Part shown: positions 23,445 to 36,580 of the stretch, piece after piece
Numbering within the stretch: position 1 is the first letter of the stretch
How the letters are laid out: each line of letters begins with the position of its first letter
Assembly: GCA_028826165.1 (NCBI GenBank)
Contig: JAPDFW010000010.1
Coordinates: forward strand, 23,076 to 87,075
Source: Anaeramoeba ignava BMAN
Taxonomy: Eukaryota; Protista; Anaeramoebae
DNA: 64,000 bases
Reading direction: 5' to 3'
Made by a program: the position numbers and the translations under genes
Notes under the pieces: generated by a model
Databases searched by the model: none
The model's input: the letters and a program-made list of their open reading frames with translations, nothing else
What the model was told of the DNA's origin: nothing

Positions 23445-26400
23445 TTAAAATAATTTCACTTGAGTTTTAACTGAATTTCTCCATTCAGTAAGATGAAGTA
23501 AAATTATTCTTGTTTGTTTTTCTTCAAGTTGATCAAAATTCAAAACAATTCTCAATTTTTCCAAAATTTTTGATTGAATATTTTCTTCACTTGAATTGGC
23601 AATCAAATAGTTAAACTTTCTAACAATTCCGGATAAAGAAACATAGCACAAACAAGAATAAACCTCTGTTGGTTTTGCGAGGTTTGCCAAAATACTCTCG
23701 CTATAATTTGTGATTAAATCCGGTTGATTTTTTTGTTGAATTTCTAAAACCAAATTTGTTGTGCTTTGCTCAAGGAATTTTGATTTGGATAATTTGCCAA
23801 ATGAGGTTGTGTTTTCTGGTTCGAGTCTGATTGACGATTCCCTTCGAACAAATTCTGAAGGCGTTACTTGTTCTCTTTCAATGAAAAGTTCACTTGATTT
23901 TTCAATTGTTTCTTTTAGATATTTTTCCCACAAACGAACGGGATTTTCTTTATTACTACTAAATATAAATGTTCCGTATGATGTGATCAATTTGAATCGG
24001 TGAGTGTGTGTCTGGACTCCTCGCACAAGCAAATCCTTTTTCTCCTCTTCGGTAAATTCGGTTTCGACAAACAATGTGATTGTTGGGAATAAATATTCAA
24101 CTTGATATTTTTGGTTGTACAATTGACAAATAAGAAAAATATCATTGAAAAGTATCAAATGTTTTGGCGCATAAATTTTCTCGTTGATATTGGCCAATTT
24201 GATGTAGTTTGTTGTTGGGAAAATGGATGTTTTTGAGGATATAAAAGAGTTCTTAAGCGCGGCTTGATAAAAATTATCAATTCCACAATAAAATTTTCCA
24301 GTATCTGGTCTTTCAGGCGCATGCGAAAGTTTATTCATGAATAATTCGCCTTCAAAAACAAACATTCTATCGGGCATATTTTTGATTTGCAAATGCGGGA
24401 ATTTTGACTGCAATTCCTCCAGTTTTTCCTTGTTATCTTGCAAATGCTTTGTTCTATTCACCATAAAACTTGTTTCGGCAGTTTCCTCATAAGCCTTTGA
24501 GACTTGGGGATAATCGGGATGATTTGGTGGTGTTCTCTTAAGACATTCCTTGACAAGCAGCGGATATTGACCGACTCTTAGCACCGGTTTGAGAAAAATT
24601 GATTCGACAGAGAGTCTTCCGAAATCAGGATGCTTTATTGCTTTGTTAATAAATTGCTCAAAAGGCGGATTTGTTGCTAATTTTGTTTTCAGTAGCTTGA
24701 TTGCTTTGTCTTGGTTCGATACGTAGAGCGAATATACCTTCATAACATTCGGTATTTTCAAAACAGATTCGCCTATTCCTGTCTCATATCGCCATTTCTT
24801 GATATTTTGTGTTAATGATTCAACAAGTTTTAATCCTTTGTGATAAATCTGCTCGATATTCAAAAAAATGGTCACAATATCTTCTCTCGATAGAATATTC
24901 TCATTCCGCAAAGGCAAAATAACATAATTAATCAATGCATACAATATCCCTAAATAGTTTCTTTCTGTTGTCAAAATTTCATATGCTGCTGTCACTCGCT
25001 GGAATTCCTTCCGCAGCATTTGACTGCATTCTTTATGGCCATATTTTCTTGCAATTATATATGGGTCTTGTCCTTTTGAGTATTTGAGCAATGTCGCTCC
25101 TTTTTTGAGCAGATGCTTGCATATTTTGATATTTCCATTTCTCGCTGCAATTTGGATCGGCACCACATTATAAATGTTCATTTCTTCTTCCTCCTTTTCA
25201 ATCTCGATTGAATTTATATTTTCCGTTGGATCCAGCGAGTTTTCTTTTCTGATAATTTTTTCCTTGAGGCTCGGATACTTGTGATCTCCATTATTTTTTG
25301 TGTTTTGTGCTTGATTTTGCCATTCGGAAACCTTGCACAGCAAATCAACAGTATCGCATGTGTCGATTATCGAAATCATTGCTTCTTCGTCTTGGATATT
25401 GCATTTCAATGCTAAATGCAATACCGTTATTCCTTCGTGATTCTTCAATTCCCCAAAAAACCCTTTTTGTATATTTTCAATAATTGCTTTTGAGTCATTT
25501 TTCAGAATTGATTCGTGAATTGGCGATTTTGCTCCTCTTGATAAAAGAAATGCTGTTGTTTTCTTATGAACATTCTGGATTGCCAATTCAGCAACTCCTT
25601 CTCCATTATTTGTTAAAATATTGATATCGGCTCCATGTGACAGCAGAACATCACATGAATTCATAAACCCATTTTGGGCTGCAATGTGAATAGGTGCTAA
25701 TCCATCCTTATCCTTCTGATTTACTTCAAATGCATTGAGTTGCAACACAAACGAAATGGTTTCTGGATCTCCTCCTCTAACTGCAACATGCAGTAAATTA
25801 TCACCTCTTTCATTCAAATTGTTAGTGTCGCATTCCCTGCTAATAAGATACTTAATAAATTGTATTTTTCTTGATAAAACAGCTGTGGACAAAAGCCCGT
25901 TTTCTTTGGAATCCACTTTTTGAATATCAAGTCCTGCCTTTTCAATCATTTGGAATATATCAGGGTTTTGGTTATATAATATGCATAGATGAAACAATGA
26001 ATTTCCTTCATGATCTGCTTCAAGCGATACTTCCTTGAATTGCAGAAACATTTCCACAACACTATCCATTTTATTTCTGATAAGGAAGTCAAGAGGTCTT
26101 AACCCTTGATTATTTTTTGAATTCAAATCACATCCAAAATTTATTAATTCTTGGATAATTTCATGACTTGTTGGGATGCTTTTTTTCATCATTTTTTGGT
26201 TTAATATCCACAATCCTTTCACAAGTGCATGGACTGGGGAATCTTCTTCAAATCCTTTTATATTTGGATCGGCTCCATTACTAAGTAATAAACTAATTAA
26301 TTTTAAATTATTTTTGGATGCAGCAATATGAAGAGCTGTGTTATTTTGTGAATCTTGAATGTTGAAATCAGCTTTGATTTGACTAAATATCTCTAATAAT

Positions 26401-29400
26401 GTCGAAATATTTGAGTTAGTACAAATGTGGATTGGAGCATCTCCATTTTTATCTTTTTCGTTAGGATTTGCTCCTGAGTATAAAAGAAAACTTGCAATTT
26501 CAATATTTTCTTGTTGCATTGCTTCATGCAAAGCAGAGTTTCCTGATTCAGATTTAAAATTTATACTAGCTCCTGATTCAATTAGTTTTCGAACAACAAT
26601 TAAATTCGAAATTCTACTTGCTAAGATTAATGGTGTTTCTGAGTCTTTAAGTGTTGGAAGATTGATTAAATTGGTGCATTGTTCCTGATCTTTTAGAATA
26701 TCGTTTATTTTTTGTATGTTTTTGCTAATAATTGCATTATGAAGAATTGTGAGTCCATTTTCGTCATAATCTAAATATTTGAAAAAAAAAAAAGTGAGAA
26801 AGAATAAATATATAAATTTTTAATTTTTTCTAAATTTAGTTTTAATCCAAACAATCTTTTTTTTGATCATCAGGAGGAAGTTCTCTTTTAATCATTAATA
26901 ATTTTGTAATTCCAGGTGAACAACCTTTTTCACATATTGAAAAAGGTGATTTTCCTTGATTATCACTTAAATGAATATCTGCGCCAATATTAATAAGAAA
27001 ACTAACTACATTTTGAAATTCATTTTCACAAGCTAATAAAAGACTCGTTTTTCCTGATACTGTTTGTTGATTAATTGATTCTCCATAAATTAAAAGCATT
27101 TTTAAAAATTGTAAATTTCCTCGACTTGCTGCAATATGAATAGGAAAAAATCCACTTTTATTTGCTTCCATTATAGTTTCTTTATCAAGAATTAATTTTC
27201 CTACTTCAGTACTGTTTGATAATGCTGCTAAATGAATTGGTTTATTCCCATTTTTATCTAATACTTTTAATAAATCTGGGTTTTTTTCAATTAATATTTT
27301 TGCAACATCGACTGAATCTTTATAAGCTGCCCAATGTAATGAATTCCTATTATAATTTTATTTATTTAGAAATTTATATTTTAATTTATAATTTTATTTA
27401 TAATTTAATTTATAATTTTTATTTATAATTTTATTTATAATTTTATTTATTTATTTATAATTTTATTTATAATTTTATTTATAATTTTATTTATAATTTT
27501 ATTTATAATTTTATTTATAATTTTATTTATAATTTAATTTATAATTTTATTTATAATTTAATTTATAATTTTATTTATAATTTAATTTATAATTTTATTT
27601 ATAATTTTATTTATAATTTAATTTATAATTTTATTTATAATTTTATTTATAATTTTATTTATAATTTAATTTATAATTTTATTTATAATTTTATTTATAA
27701 TTTAATTTTATTTATAATTTAATTTATAATTTAATTTATAATTTTATTTATTATTTTATTTATAATTTTATTTATAATTTTATTTATAATTTTATTTATA
27801 ATTTTATTTATAATTTTATTTATGTCTTTGTTTATTTTATAATTTTATTTATAATTTTATTTATAATTTAATTTATAATTTTATTTATAATTTTATTTAT
27901 AATTTTATTTATAATTTTATTTATAATTTTATTTATAATTTTATTTATAATTTTATTTATAATTTTATTTATAATTTAATTTATAATTTAATTTATAATT
28001 TTATTTATAATTTAATTTATAATTTTAATTTATAATTTTATTTATAATTTTAATTTATAATTTTATTTATAATTTTATTTATAATTTTTATTTTATTATT
28101 TTATTTATAATTTTATTTATAATTTAATTTATAATTTTATTTATAATTTTATTTTAATTTTTTATAATTTTATTTTAATTTATAATTTTATTTATAAATT
28201 TTTATTTTAATTTTAATTTTATTTATAATTTAATTTATAATTTTATTTTTATTTTATTTATTTTTATTTTTATTTTTATTTTATTTTTTTTATTTTTTAT
28301 TTTATAATTTATAATTTAATTTATTTTATTTTATAATTTTATTTATAATTTAATTTATAATTTAATTTATAATTTAATTTATAATTTAATTTTATTTTTA
28401 TTATTTAATTTATAATTTAATTTATAATTTAATTTATAATTTAATTTATAATTTTATTTATATTTATTTTATTTATAATTTTATTTATATTTAATTTTAT
28501 TTATAATTTTATTTATAATTTTATTTTATTTATTTTTTATTTTATATTTTTTTAATTTTATTTATAATTTTATTTATAATTTTTTTTAATTTATAATTTT
28601 AATTTTATTTATAATTTTATTTATTTTATTTATAATTTTATTTATAATTTTATTTTATAATTTTATAATTTTTAATTTTTATAATTTATAATTTAATTTA
28701 GTTTTATTTATAATTTTATTTATAATTTAATTTATATTTTATTTATATTTTTATTTATAATTTTATTTATAATTTAATTTATATTTTTATTTATATTTTT
28801 ATTTATATTTTTATTTATAATTTTATTTATAATTTTGATTTATAATTTAATTTATAATTTAATTTATAATTTTATTTATAATTTTATTTATAATTTAATT
28901 TATAATTTTAATTTATAATTTAATTTATAATTTTATTTAATTTATAATTTTATTTATAATTTTATTTATAATTTTATTTATAATTTTATTTATAATTTTA
29001 TTTATAATTTTATTTATAATTTTATTTATAATTTTATTTATAATTTTATTTATAATTTTATTTATAATTTTATTTATAATTTAATTTATAATTTTATTTA
29101 TAATTTTATTTATAATTTTATTTATAATTTTATTTATAATTTATAATTTTATTTATAATTTTATTTATAATTTTATTTATATTTTTGTTTATAATTTTAT
29201 TTATAATTTTAATTTATAATTTTAATTTATAATTTAATTTATAATTTTATTTATAATTTTATTTATATTTTTATTTATATTTTTATTTATATTTTTATTT
29301 ATATTTTTATTTATAATTTAATTTATAATTTTATTTATTGGACCCTGAAGCCATAAATAAATGAATCTAAAAATTATAGTTCCGAAAAAGGGAGAAATTC

Positions 29401-29971
29401 CTTTTGAATTAAAATCATGAAAAATAATTTATAGCCCATCATATTTAAGTAATAAATCAACAAATTCAATTTATTACTTCTAACAGCATACATTAAACTT
29501 CACTTTCTTTTTTTCCATGCCAATATTGATTAATAAATTGTTTCATTTGATGTTTCAAATTGTTTGTTTTTAATTTTTCAATTTTATTTTGTTTTTGCAA
29601 TAAAGTTGAATAATTTATTTTCCATTTTTTTTAAATTATTTATAATTTTATTTTTTTTTTTTATTTTATTTTTCGTTTTTAAAAATAAAAATGAAAAATG
29701 AAAAATTAAATGTTTTTTTTCATTCTTTCAAAAACGCCATGAAAAAAAAAATAATTTCAGGAAATTTAACTTCTTTTTACTTTTTCTCGACTTTCAAATA
29801 AAACAATTTTAAATCAACAAATTTTGAAGTACTTCTAACAGCATACATTAAACTTGTTTTTCCATGCCAATATTGATTAATAAATTGTTTTGTTTTTTCA
29901 TTTGATGTTTCAAAAAGTGTTTTTAATTTTTCAATTTCTTTGTTTTTGCAAAGTTGAATAAATTCTTCCAT
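23445..29971 (-). CDS. Ankyrin-repeat + RhoGEF (DH) + PH domain protein; 5' exon region duplicated or damaged
   Basis: Many ankyrin repeats (NTALHIAA, LAPIHIAAQNG). DH motifs AYEILTTERNYL, IFLNIEQI and FLKPVLRVGQYPLLVKECLKRTPPNHPDY, then a PH domain. Exons 26770-23445 and 27346-~26852; first exon within 29340-29971. Confidence 0.8.
27347..29338. repeat. ~2-kb intronic (TTTTATTTATAA)n 12-mer satellite, almost pure A/T
   Basis: Seen directly. The AG acceptor is at 27348-27347 on the minus strand. Confidence 0.85.
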
Positions 29972-30151
29972 TTTAAATTATTAAAGTTTTGTTTTTATTT
30001 TCGTTTTTAAAAAAAGAAAAATGAAAAAAAAAAATGAAAAATTAAATTTTCTTCTTTCAAAAAAAAAAACGAAAATAAAAATAATAATCTACTTCTTTTT
30101 TTTTACTTTTTCTCGACTTTCTAAAACAATTTTATCGAACAAATTTTGAAG
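29476..30151. repeat. Imperfect tandem duplication (about 29476-29829 vs 29830-30151)
   Basis: ACTTCTAACAGCATACATTAAAC, TTCCATGCCAATATTGATTAATAAATTG and TTTTTCTCGACTTTC each occur twice, about 320-350 bp apart, with many indels between copies. Confidence 0.8.
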
Positions 30152-30153
30152 AT

Positions 30154-31291
30154 TTAAAGGTAAAAAATTTGATCAAAAATTTTAATGATTTTATTTTGAT
30201 TTTGATTTTGATTTTGATTTTGATTTTGATTTTGATTTTGATTTTGATTTTGATTTTGATTTTGATTTTGATTTTGATTTTGATTTTGATTTTGATTTTG
30301 ATTTTGATTTTTGATTTTGATTTTGATTTTGATTTTGATTTTTATTTTGATTTTGATTTTTATTTTGATTTTGATTTTGATTTTGATTTTTATTTTGATT
30401 TTTTGATTTTGATTTTGATTTTGATTTTGATTTTGATTTTGATTTTGATTTTGATTTTGATTTTCAATTAATTCAATTGGTTCAACAAAATAATGAATAA
30501 AATCTTTTTTAAATTCAATATCTTTGACAGTTGCATAAAAATACTTCTTATTTATAATATCTCGACAAAGAACTTTAGAATCTACATTTGACATAAGATG
30601 AAATAAATGATCCCAATTCAATCTTTTATCAAATATAGTTTGTCTAATTTTTGTTCTAAATTTTTGAAGAAAAGAAATTTCTTGTTCAACAAATTTTTTA
30701 GTAAAAACTTGAGGAATTCCAGAAATTTTTTTTGCCTTTGAATAAAAAGAAAAATAATTCAATTATAAAAAAATTAATCGATTAAGAAAATAAGTTATTT
30801 TTTTGTTTTTGAATTTAATTTGAAAATAAAATATCTTTTTATACTTTTCGAAATTCAGATTTAGTTAATTTAACATTTTTTAAATTTGTTGTTTCAAGAA
30901 TTTGATAAATAGAAAAATGACAAGGATTTTGAGTAAAAAAAGCAATATCAATATCAGCATAAAAATATTGAGTAAAAAAACTTCTTGGATTTAAATTTTG
31001 AGAAATTTTTTTTGAAATGTTTGAAGAATTTAAATTATTTCTATATTGAGTAACAAGAGAAGAAGAAGTTATTCTGTTTTTTTCTTGATAATCTTGAAGA
31101 ACTAATAGAAAATTTTCTGCTGTTAAATTTGGATTAATTAATAAATTCTTGTTTTTTTCAATTATTTCAATAATTGTTTCTTTTTTTTTTTTAGGTAATT
31201 TTTCTGTTAATGTTTCAATGTTCATATTTTTTCTTGTTTCTTTAAAAAAAATTTCTATTTCTTCAAAAGTCCATTCATGTGATAAAGTCAT
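30154..31291 (-). CDS. LIN9: LIN-9/ALWAYS EARLY-like protein (SANT/Myb-like + DIRP domain); 3' end uncertain
   Basis: N-terminal WTFEEIEIFF...NKNLL...FLLVLQDY. DIRP-like YFYADIDIAFFTQN...KLTKSEFRK|AKKISGIPQVFTKKFVEQEISFLQKFRTKIR. One short intron at about 30844-30736. Confidence 0.6.
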
Positions 31292-31439
31292 TTTAAAAAA
31301 AAAATGTAAAAGTCTTTTTTGTTTGTGTTTTTGTTTTTGTTTTTTTTTTGAAAGGAAAAAAATGAAAAAGTTTTTTTTAATTTTTTTAATTTTTTTAATT
31401 TTTTTAATTTTTCATTTTTTCATTTTTCTTTTTTTAAAA
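31292..31439. promoter_or_regulatory. Compact bidirectional promoter (LIN9-like / DNAJA) with TTTTCATTTT Inr-like motifs on both strands
   Basis: 148 bp between divergent ATGs. AAAATGAAAA at about 31358 and TTTTCATTTTTCATTTTT at about 31409. Confidence 0.5.
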
Positions 31440-34335
31440 ATGTCAGTTAAAGAAACTGAATATTATGATATATTAGAAATTTCTCCTTCTGCAACTCAAG
31501 TAAAAAAGATAATAAAAAATTTATTTTTTTTTCCGTTTTTTTTTAATTTAAAAATTTAATTTTTATTTTTAATTTTAATTTTAATTTGGAAAAAAAAAAG
31601 GATGAAATTCGAAAAGCATATCGTAAATTAGCTTTAAAATATCATCCTGATAGAAATCCTGATGGAACAGAACAAGTAAATATTTAATTTGCAAAATTTT
31701 TTTTTTCTATTTTTAATTTTTTTAATTTTTTTAATTTTTTAATTTTTTAGTTTAAAAAAATTGGTGAAGCTTATGAAGTTTTAAGTGATCCTGAAAAAAG
31801 AGAAACTTATGATAAACATGGAAAAGAAGGTTTAGATAATTCTGGTGGAATTAATCCTTTTGATCTTTTTTCAGAGTTATTTAATAGAAAAAGTAATTTT
31901 AACTAATCAAAATCAAAATTCAAAATCAAAATCAAAATCAAAATCAAAATCAAAATCAAAATCAAAATCAAAATCAAAATCAAAATCAAAATCAAAATCA
32001 AAATCAAAATCAAAATCAAAATCAAAATCAAAATCAAAATCAAAATCAAAATAAATCAAAATCAAAATCAAAATTAAAATCAAAATCAAAATCAAAATCA
32101 AAATCAAAATCAAAATCAAAATCAAAATTAAAACAAAAATCTAAATCAAAATCAAAATTAAAATCAAATTCAAAATCAAAATCAAAATGAAAATCAAAAT
32201 GAAAATCAAAATCAAAATCAAAATTAAAATCAAAATCAAAATCAAAATCAAAATAAAAATCAAAATAAAAATAAAAATAAATTTAAAAGGAAGAAATGAT
32301 GGACCTCAAAGAGGAAATGATATTATTAGACATTTTCCTGTTTCTTTAGAAGATCTTTATCAAGGAAAAACACTAAAAATTTCCATAAATCATATGGTTA
32401 TATGCCCTGATTGTAAAGGGTAAATTAAAATTTAAAATTAAAAATTAAAAATTAAAATTCAAAATTAAAATTAAAAATTAAAAATCAAAATTAAAATTAA
32501 AATTAAAAATTAAAATCAAAATTAAAATTAAAATTAAAAATTAAAATTAAAAATTAAAAATTAAAATTAAAAATTAAAATTAAAAATTAAAATTAAAAAT
32601 TAAAATTAAAAATTATATTTATTCAAATATATATTAGAAAAGGATCAACAAAACCAGAAGAAGTTAGAAAATGTAATGCATGTGGTGGACATGGAATTCA
32701 AGTTGGATATCAACAAATTGGAATAGGTTTTATTCGTCAATTTACTCAGGCATGTACAACTTGTAATGGAACAGGAGAAATATTTCCCGAACATTTAAAG
32801 TGTTCTAGATGTAATGGAAAAAAAGTTATTGAGGAAAACAAAAAAGTGGAAGCTTTTATTCAAAAAGGAATGGAAGATGGAGAAGAAGTTACTATTCATG
32901 GAGAAGGAGATCAACATGTTTGTGTTAAACCAGTTTTGATAAAATTCAATTCAAAATAATTAAAATTTAAAATTAAAATTAAAATTAAAATTTAAAATTA
33001 AAATTAAAATTTAAAATTAAAATTAAAATTAAAATTAAAATTAAAATTAAAATTATAATTAAAATTAAAATTAAAATTAAAATTAAAATTAAAATTAAAA
33101 TCAAAATTAAAATTAAAATTAAAATTAAAATTAAAATTAAAATTAAAATTAAAATTAAAATTAAAATTAAAAAGCCTAATGGAATGGCTGGTGATTTGAT
33201 TTTAATTCTTCAAGAAAAAGATCATCAATTTTTTCACAGAAAAGGAAATGATTTATTTTTTTCTCACAAAATTTCTTTATATGAAGCTTTATGTGGATAT
33301 GTGATTAATATTACACATCTTGATGGAAGAAAATTAAGAATAACTTCAGCTGAAAATGATGTAATAAAACCACGTTCTGTTCGTGGAATTAAAGGACAAG
33401 GAATGCCAAAAAAAGATAAATCTTTTGAATTTGGAAATTTGTTAATAGAATTTGAAGTTGAATTTCCTCCAAAAAATTCTTTAAATCAAAAAAGGATTGA
33501 AGTAAATTATTTTAATATTTAATTTAATATTTATTTTAATATTTAATTTAATATTTATTTAATATTTATTTTAATATTTATTTTAATATTTATTTTAATA
33601 TTTAATTTAATATTTAATTTAATATTTAATTTAATATTTAATTTAATATTTAATTTAATATTTAATTTAATATTTAATTTAATATTTATTTTAATATTTA
33701 ATTTAATATTTATTTCAATATTTATTTTAATATTTATTTTAATATTTAATTTAATATTTATTTTAATATTTATTTTAATATTTAATTTAATATTTATTTT
33801 AATATTTAATTTAATATTTATTTTTAATATTTATTTTAATATTTATTATAATATTTATTTTAATATTTATTTTAATATTTATTTTAATATTTATTTTAAT
33901 ATTTAATTTAATATTTAATTTAATATTTAATTTAATATTTAATTTAATATTTAATTTAATATTTAATTTAATATTTAATTTAATATTTAATTTAATATTT
34001 AATTTAATATTTAATTTAATATTTAATTTAATATTTAATTTAATATTAAATTTAATATTTATTATAATATTTAATTTAATATTTAATTTAATATTTATTT
34101 TAATATTTAATTTAATATTTAAAAAATTCTCTAAAAAAAGCTTTTGGAAAAAGTTTTACCACCAAGAACAATAGAAAATAAACCAAAATCAGAAAGAAAT
34201 CCAAAACTTGAAATTTTTTATCCTAAAAAAATGGAAGTAAGTCCTGATGAAAAAACTGAATCAACAAATGAAGCTTATCGTTTAGATCGTGATGAAGATG
34301 AAGATGGAGATGGAGATGGTTGTCAATTTATGTGA
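31440..34335 (+). CDS. DNAJA: Type I DnaJ/Hsp40 chaperone (DNAJA-like), 7 exons
   Basis: J domain YYDILEI...ALKYHPDRN; four CxxCxGxG repeats; C-terminal [16 protein letters not shown] and GQGMP; CaaX ending CQFM. Confidence 0.93.
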
Positions 34336-34539
34336 AAGAAGAAGAAGAAGAAGAAATATCAAGTTATTTTCAAAATAAATTTTTTTCCATTTAAAAAAAA
34401 ACAACAAATTTCTATTTTCCTTTTCTTTTTTTTTTACTTTTTTTTTCTTTTAGAAACAAAAAAAGTAATTTTTTAAAGAAGAACAATTTTAAATTCAAAA
34501 ATTATTTTTAAATTTTTTTTCCGATTTCCAATTTATTAT

Positions 34540-36301
34540 TTAATAACGATATTTAGTGTGTAAAGAATCAAAATTTGCTTTTCGAGTTCCAATTATATAA
34601 TAAAGAATAACATAATTTGAAAAAAGGAAAATCCCAAAAAGCAAATGATGATGTTGAAGTGATAAAAAAATAAGAAATAAAATCACAATAACAATTAATT
34701 GAATTGCAATTAAAACGCATTGCATTTTTAGTAATTTTTTGCAATCACTTGCTGATAAAAATTTATCAAAAATATTTAGGAAATGTTTTGAATTTTGATT
34801 TGAATATTTTCTTTTTGAACCTCTTTTTGTTTTTGTTCCATCTTTTTTTTTTATTAAAATTAAAATTAAAATTAAAATTCAATTAAATACTCAAATCAAA
34901 ATTAATTATTCTTTACCATAAAGAAGTTCATAATGGAATCGAATATCATTAATCAAACTGTGCATAAAATGATGGGATATACAATGAGTCAAAAACATTT
35001 CAAAAGAATTAAAGAATACAAATAAATTAATGATATAAAGTCTGAATTTACTAATAAACAAGTTATCTTTTTGAATAAATATTGACAAAATTGCTCCTGA
35101 AAAATAAGTAATATAAAATGAATGAAAGAATATATATTTCATTTTTGGAGGTGATTTCCATTTTCTTGGATCAATTCTTAGCAAACCAAATTTACCAAAA
35201 ACTAGAATTCGAATAAAAAAACTAATTTGGATTTTTTTTCCGATTTAAAATATTGAATTGAATATTGAATTGAATTAAATTGATTTTTGAATATTGATTT
35301 GAATTGATTTTTGATTTAAATTAATTTAAATATTGAATTAAATATTGATTTTTGAATTAAATATTGATTTGAATTGATTTGATTTTTGATTTAAATTGAA
35401 TATTGATTTGATTTAAATTGAATTGATTTTTGATTTAAATTGATTTTTGATTTGAATTGAATTGAATTGATTTTTGATTTGAATTAAATTAAATTGAATT
35501 GAATTAAATTGATTTTTGAATTGAATTGATTTTTGAATTGATTTTTGATTTAAATTGATTTTTGATTTAAATTGATTTTTGATTTGAATTAATTTTTGAT
35601 TTAAATTGATTTTTGATTTAAATTGATTTTTGATTTAAATTGATTTTTGATTTAAATTGATTTTTGATTTAAATTGAATTGATTTAAATTGATTTTTGAT
35701 TTAAATTGATTTTTGAATTAAATTGATTTTTGAATTAAATATTGATTTGAATTGATTTTATTTTTGATTTAAATTGAATTGAATTGATTTTTGAATTGAT
35801 TTTTGATTTAAATTGATTCGAATTATTTTTGATTTAAGTTAAATTACGGAATAAAAATATAAATTAAGATAAATATGGATTTCATTTGAGAAATTATTTT
35901 AATTATTGTTCCAATAAAAGTAAATAAAATTAGAACTAAAATTGTAAAAGAGAAAACTTTTCTTTTTCGAAGATTTTTTCTTTTCCATTTTTGTTGAATC
36001 AATGAAAATAAAAAAGGAAAAGAAACTTCAAAAAGAGTTAATAAAAGAATTTTAACTTGAATTTCAAAAATATTCTTTTAAAAATTGAAAGAAAAAAATA
36101 ATAAAATTAAAATTAAAATTTAATTCATTTTTTTTTTTGTTTTAAAAATTAAAATTATTTTTTTACAGAAAAAATATTAACATTTTGAAGAAAACCAACA
36201 AAAAGTGAATATAATAAAATATAAACCAAAAAATTTCTTTGGGTTTTTTGAACATCATCTGTTATTAAAGAGATAACTAACTCTTTTGTATTTGTTTTCA
36301 T
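34540..36301 (-). CDS. Multi-pass membrane protein, possibly TMEM39-like; about 4 exons
   Basis: Hydrophobic exons from the ATG at about 36301. YITYFSGAIL...FVFFNSFEMFLTH and IFLFSNYVILYYII resemble TMEM39 segments (recalled, not searched). Confidence 0.4.
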
Positions 36302-36580
36302 ATTATTTATAATTCCAAATTAGAATTTGTTTTTTTTTTTAATTTCTAATAAAATAAAATAAAAAGGAAAAAAAGTAATAATAATAATAAAAAAAATGAA
36401 AAAATGAAAAGAAAAAAATTGGAAAAAAAAATTTTTTATTATTTATTAATTATTATTATTAAAAGAAAAATTTAATTTAAGATCATAAAATGAAAAGAAA
36501 AGAAAAGAAAAGAAATTATTTTAATCAATAAACTTTTCTTTTTTTGCTTTTTTTTCTTTTTTTTTTTTGCTTTTTTTCTT

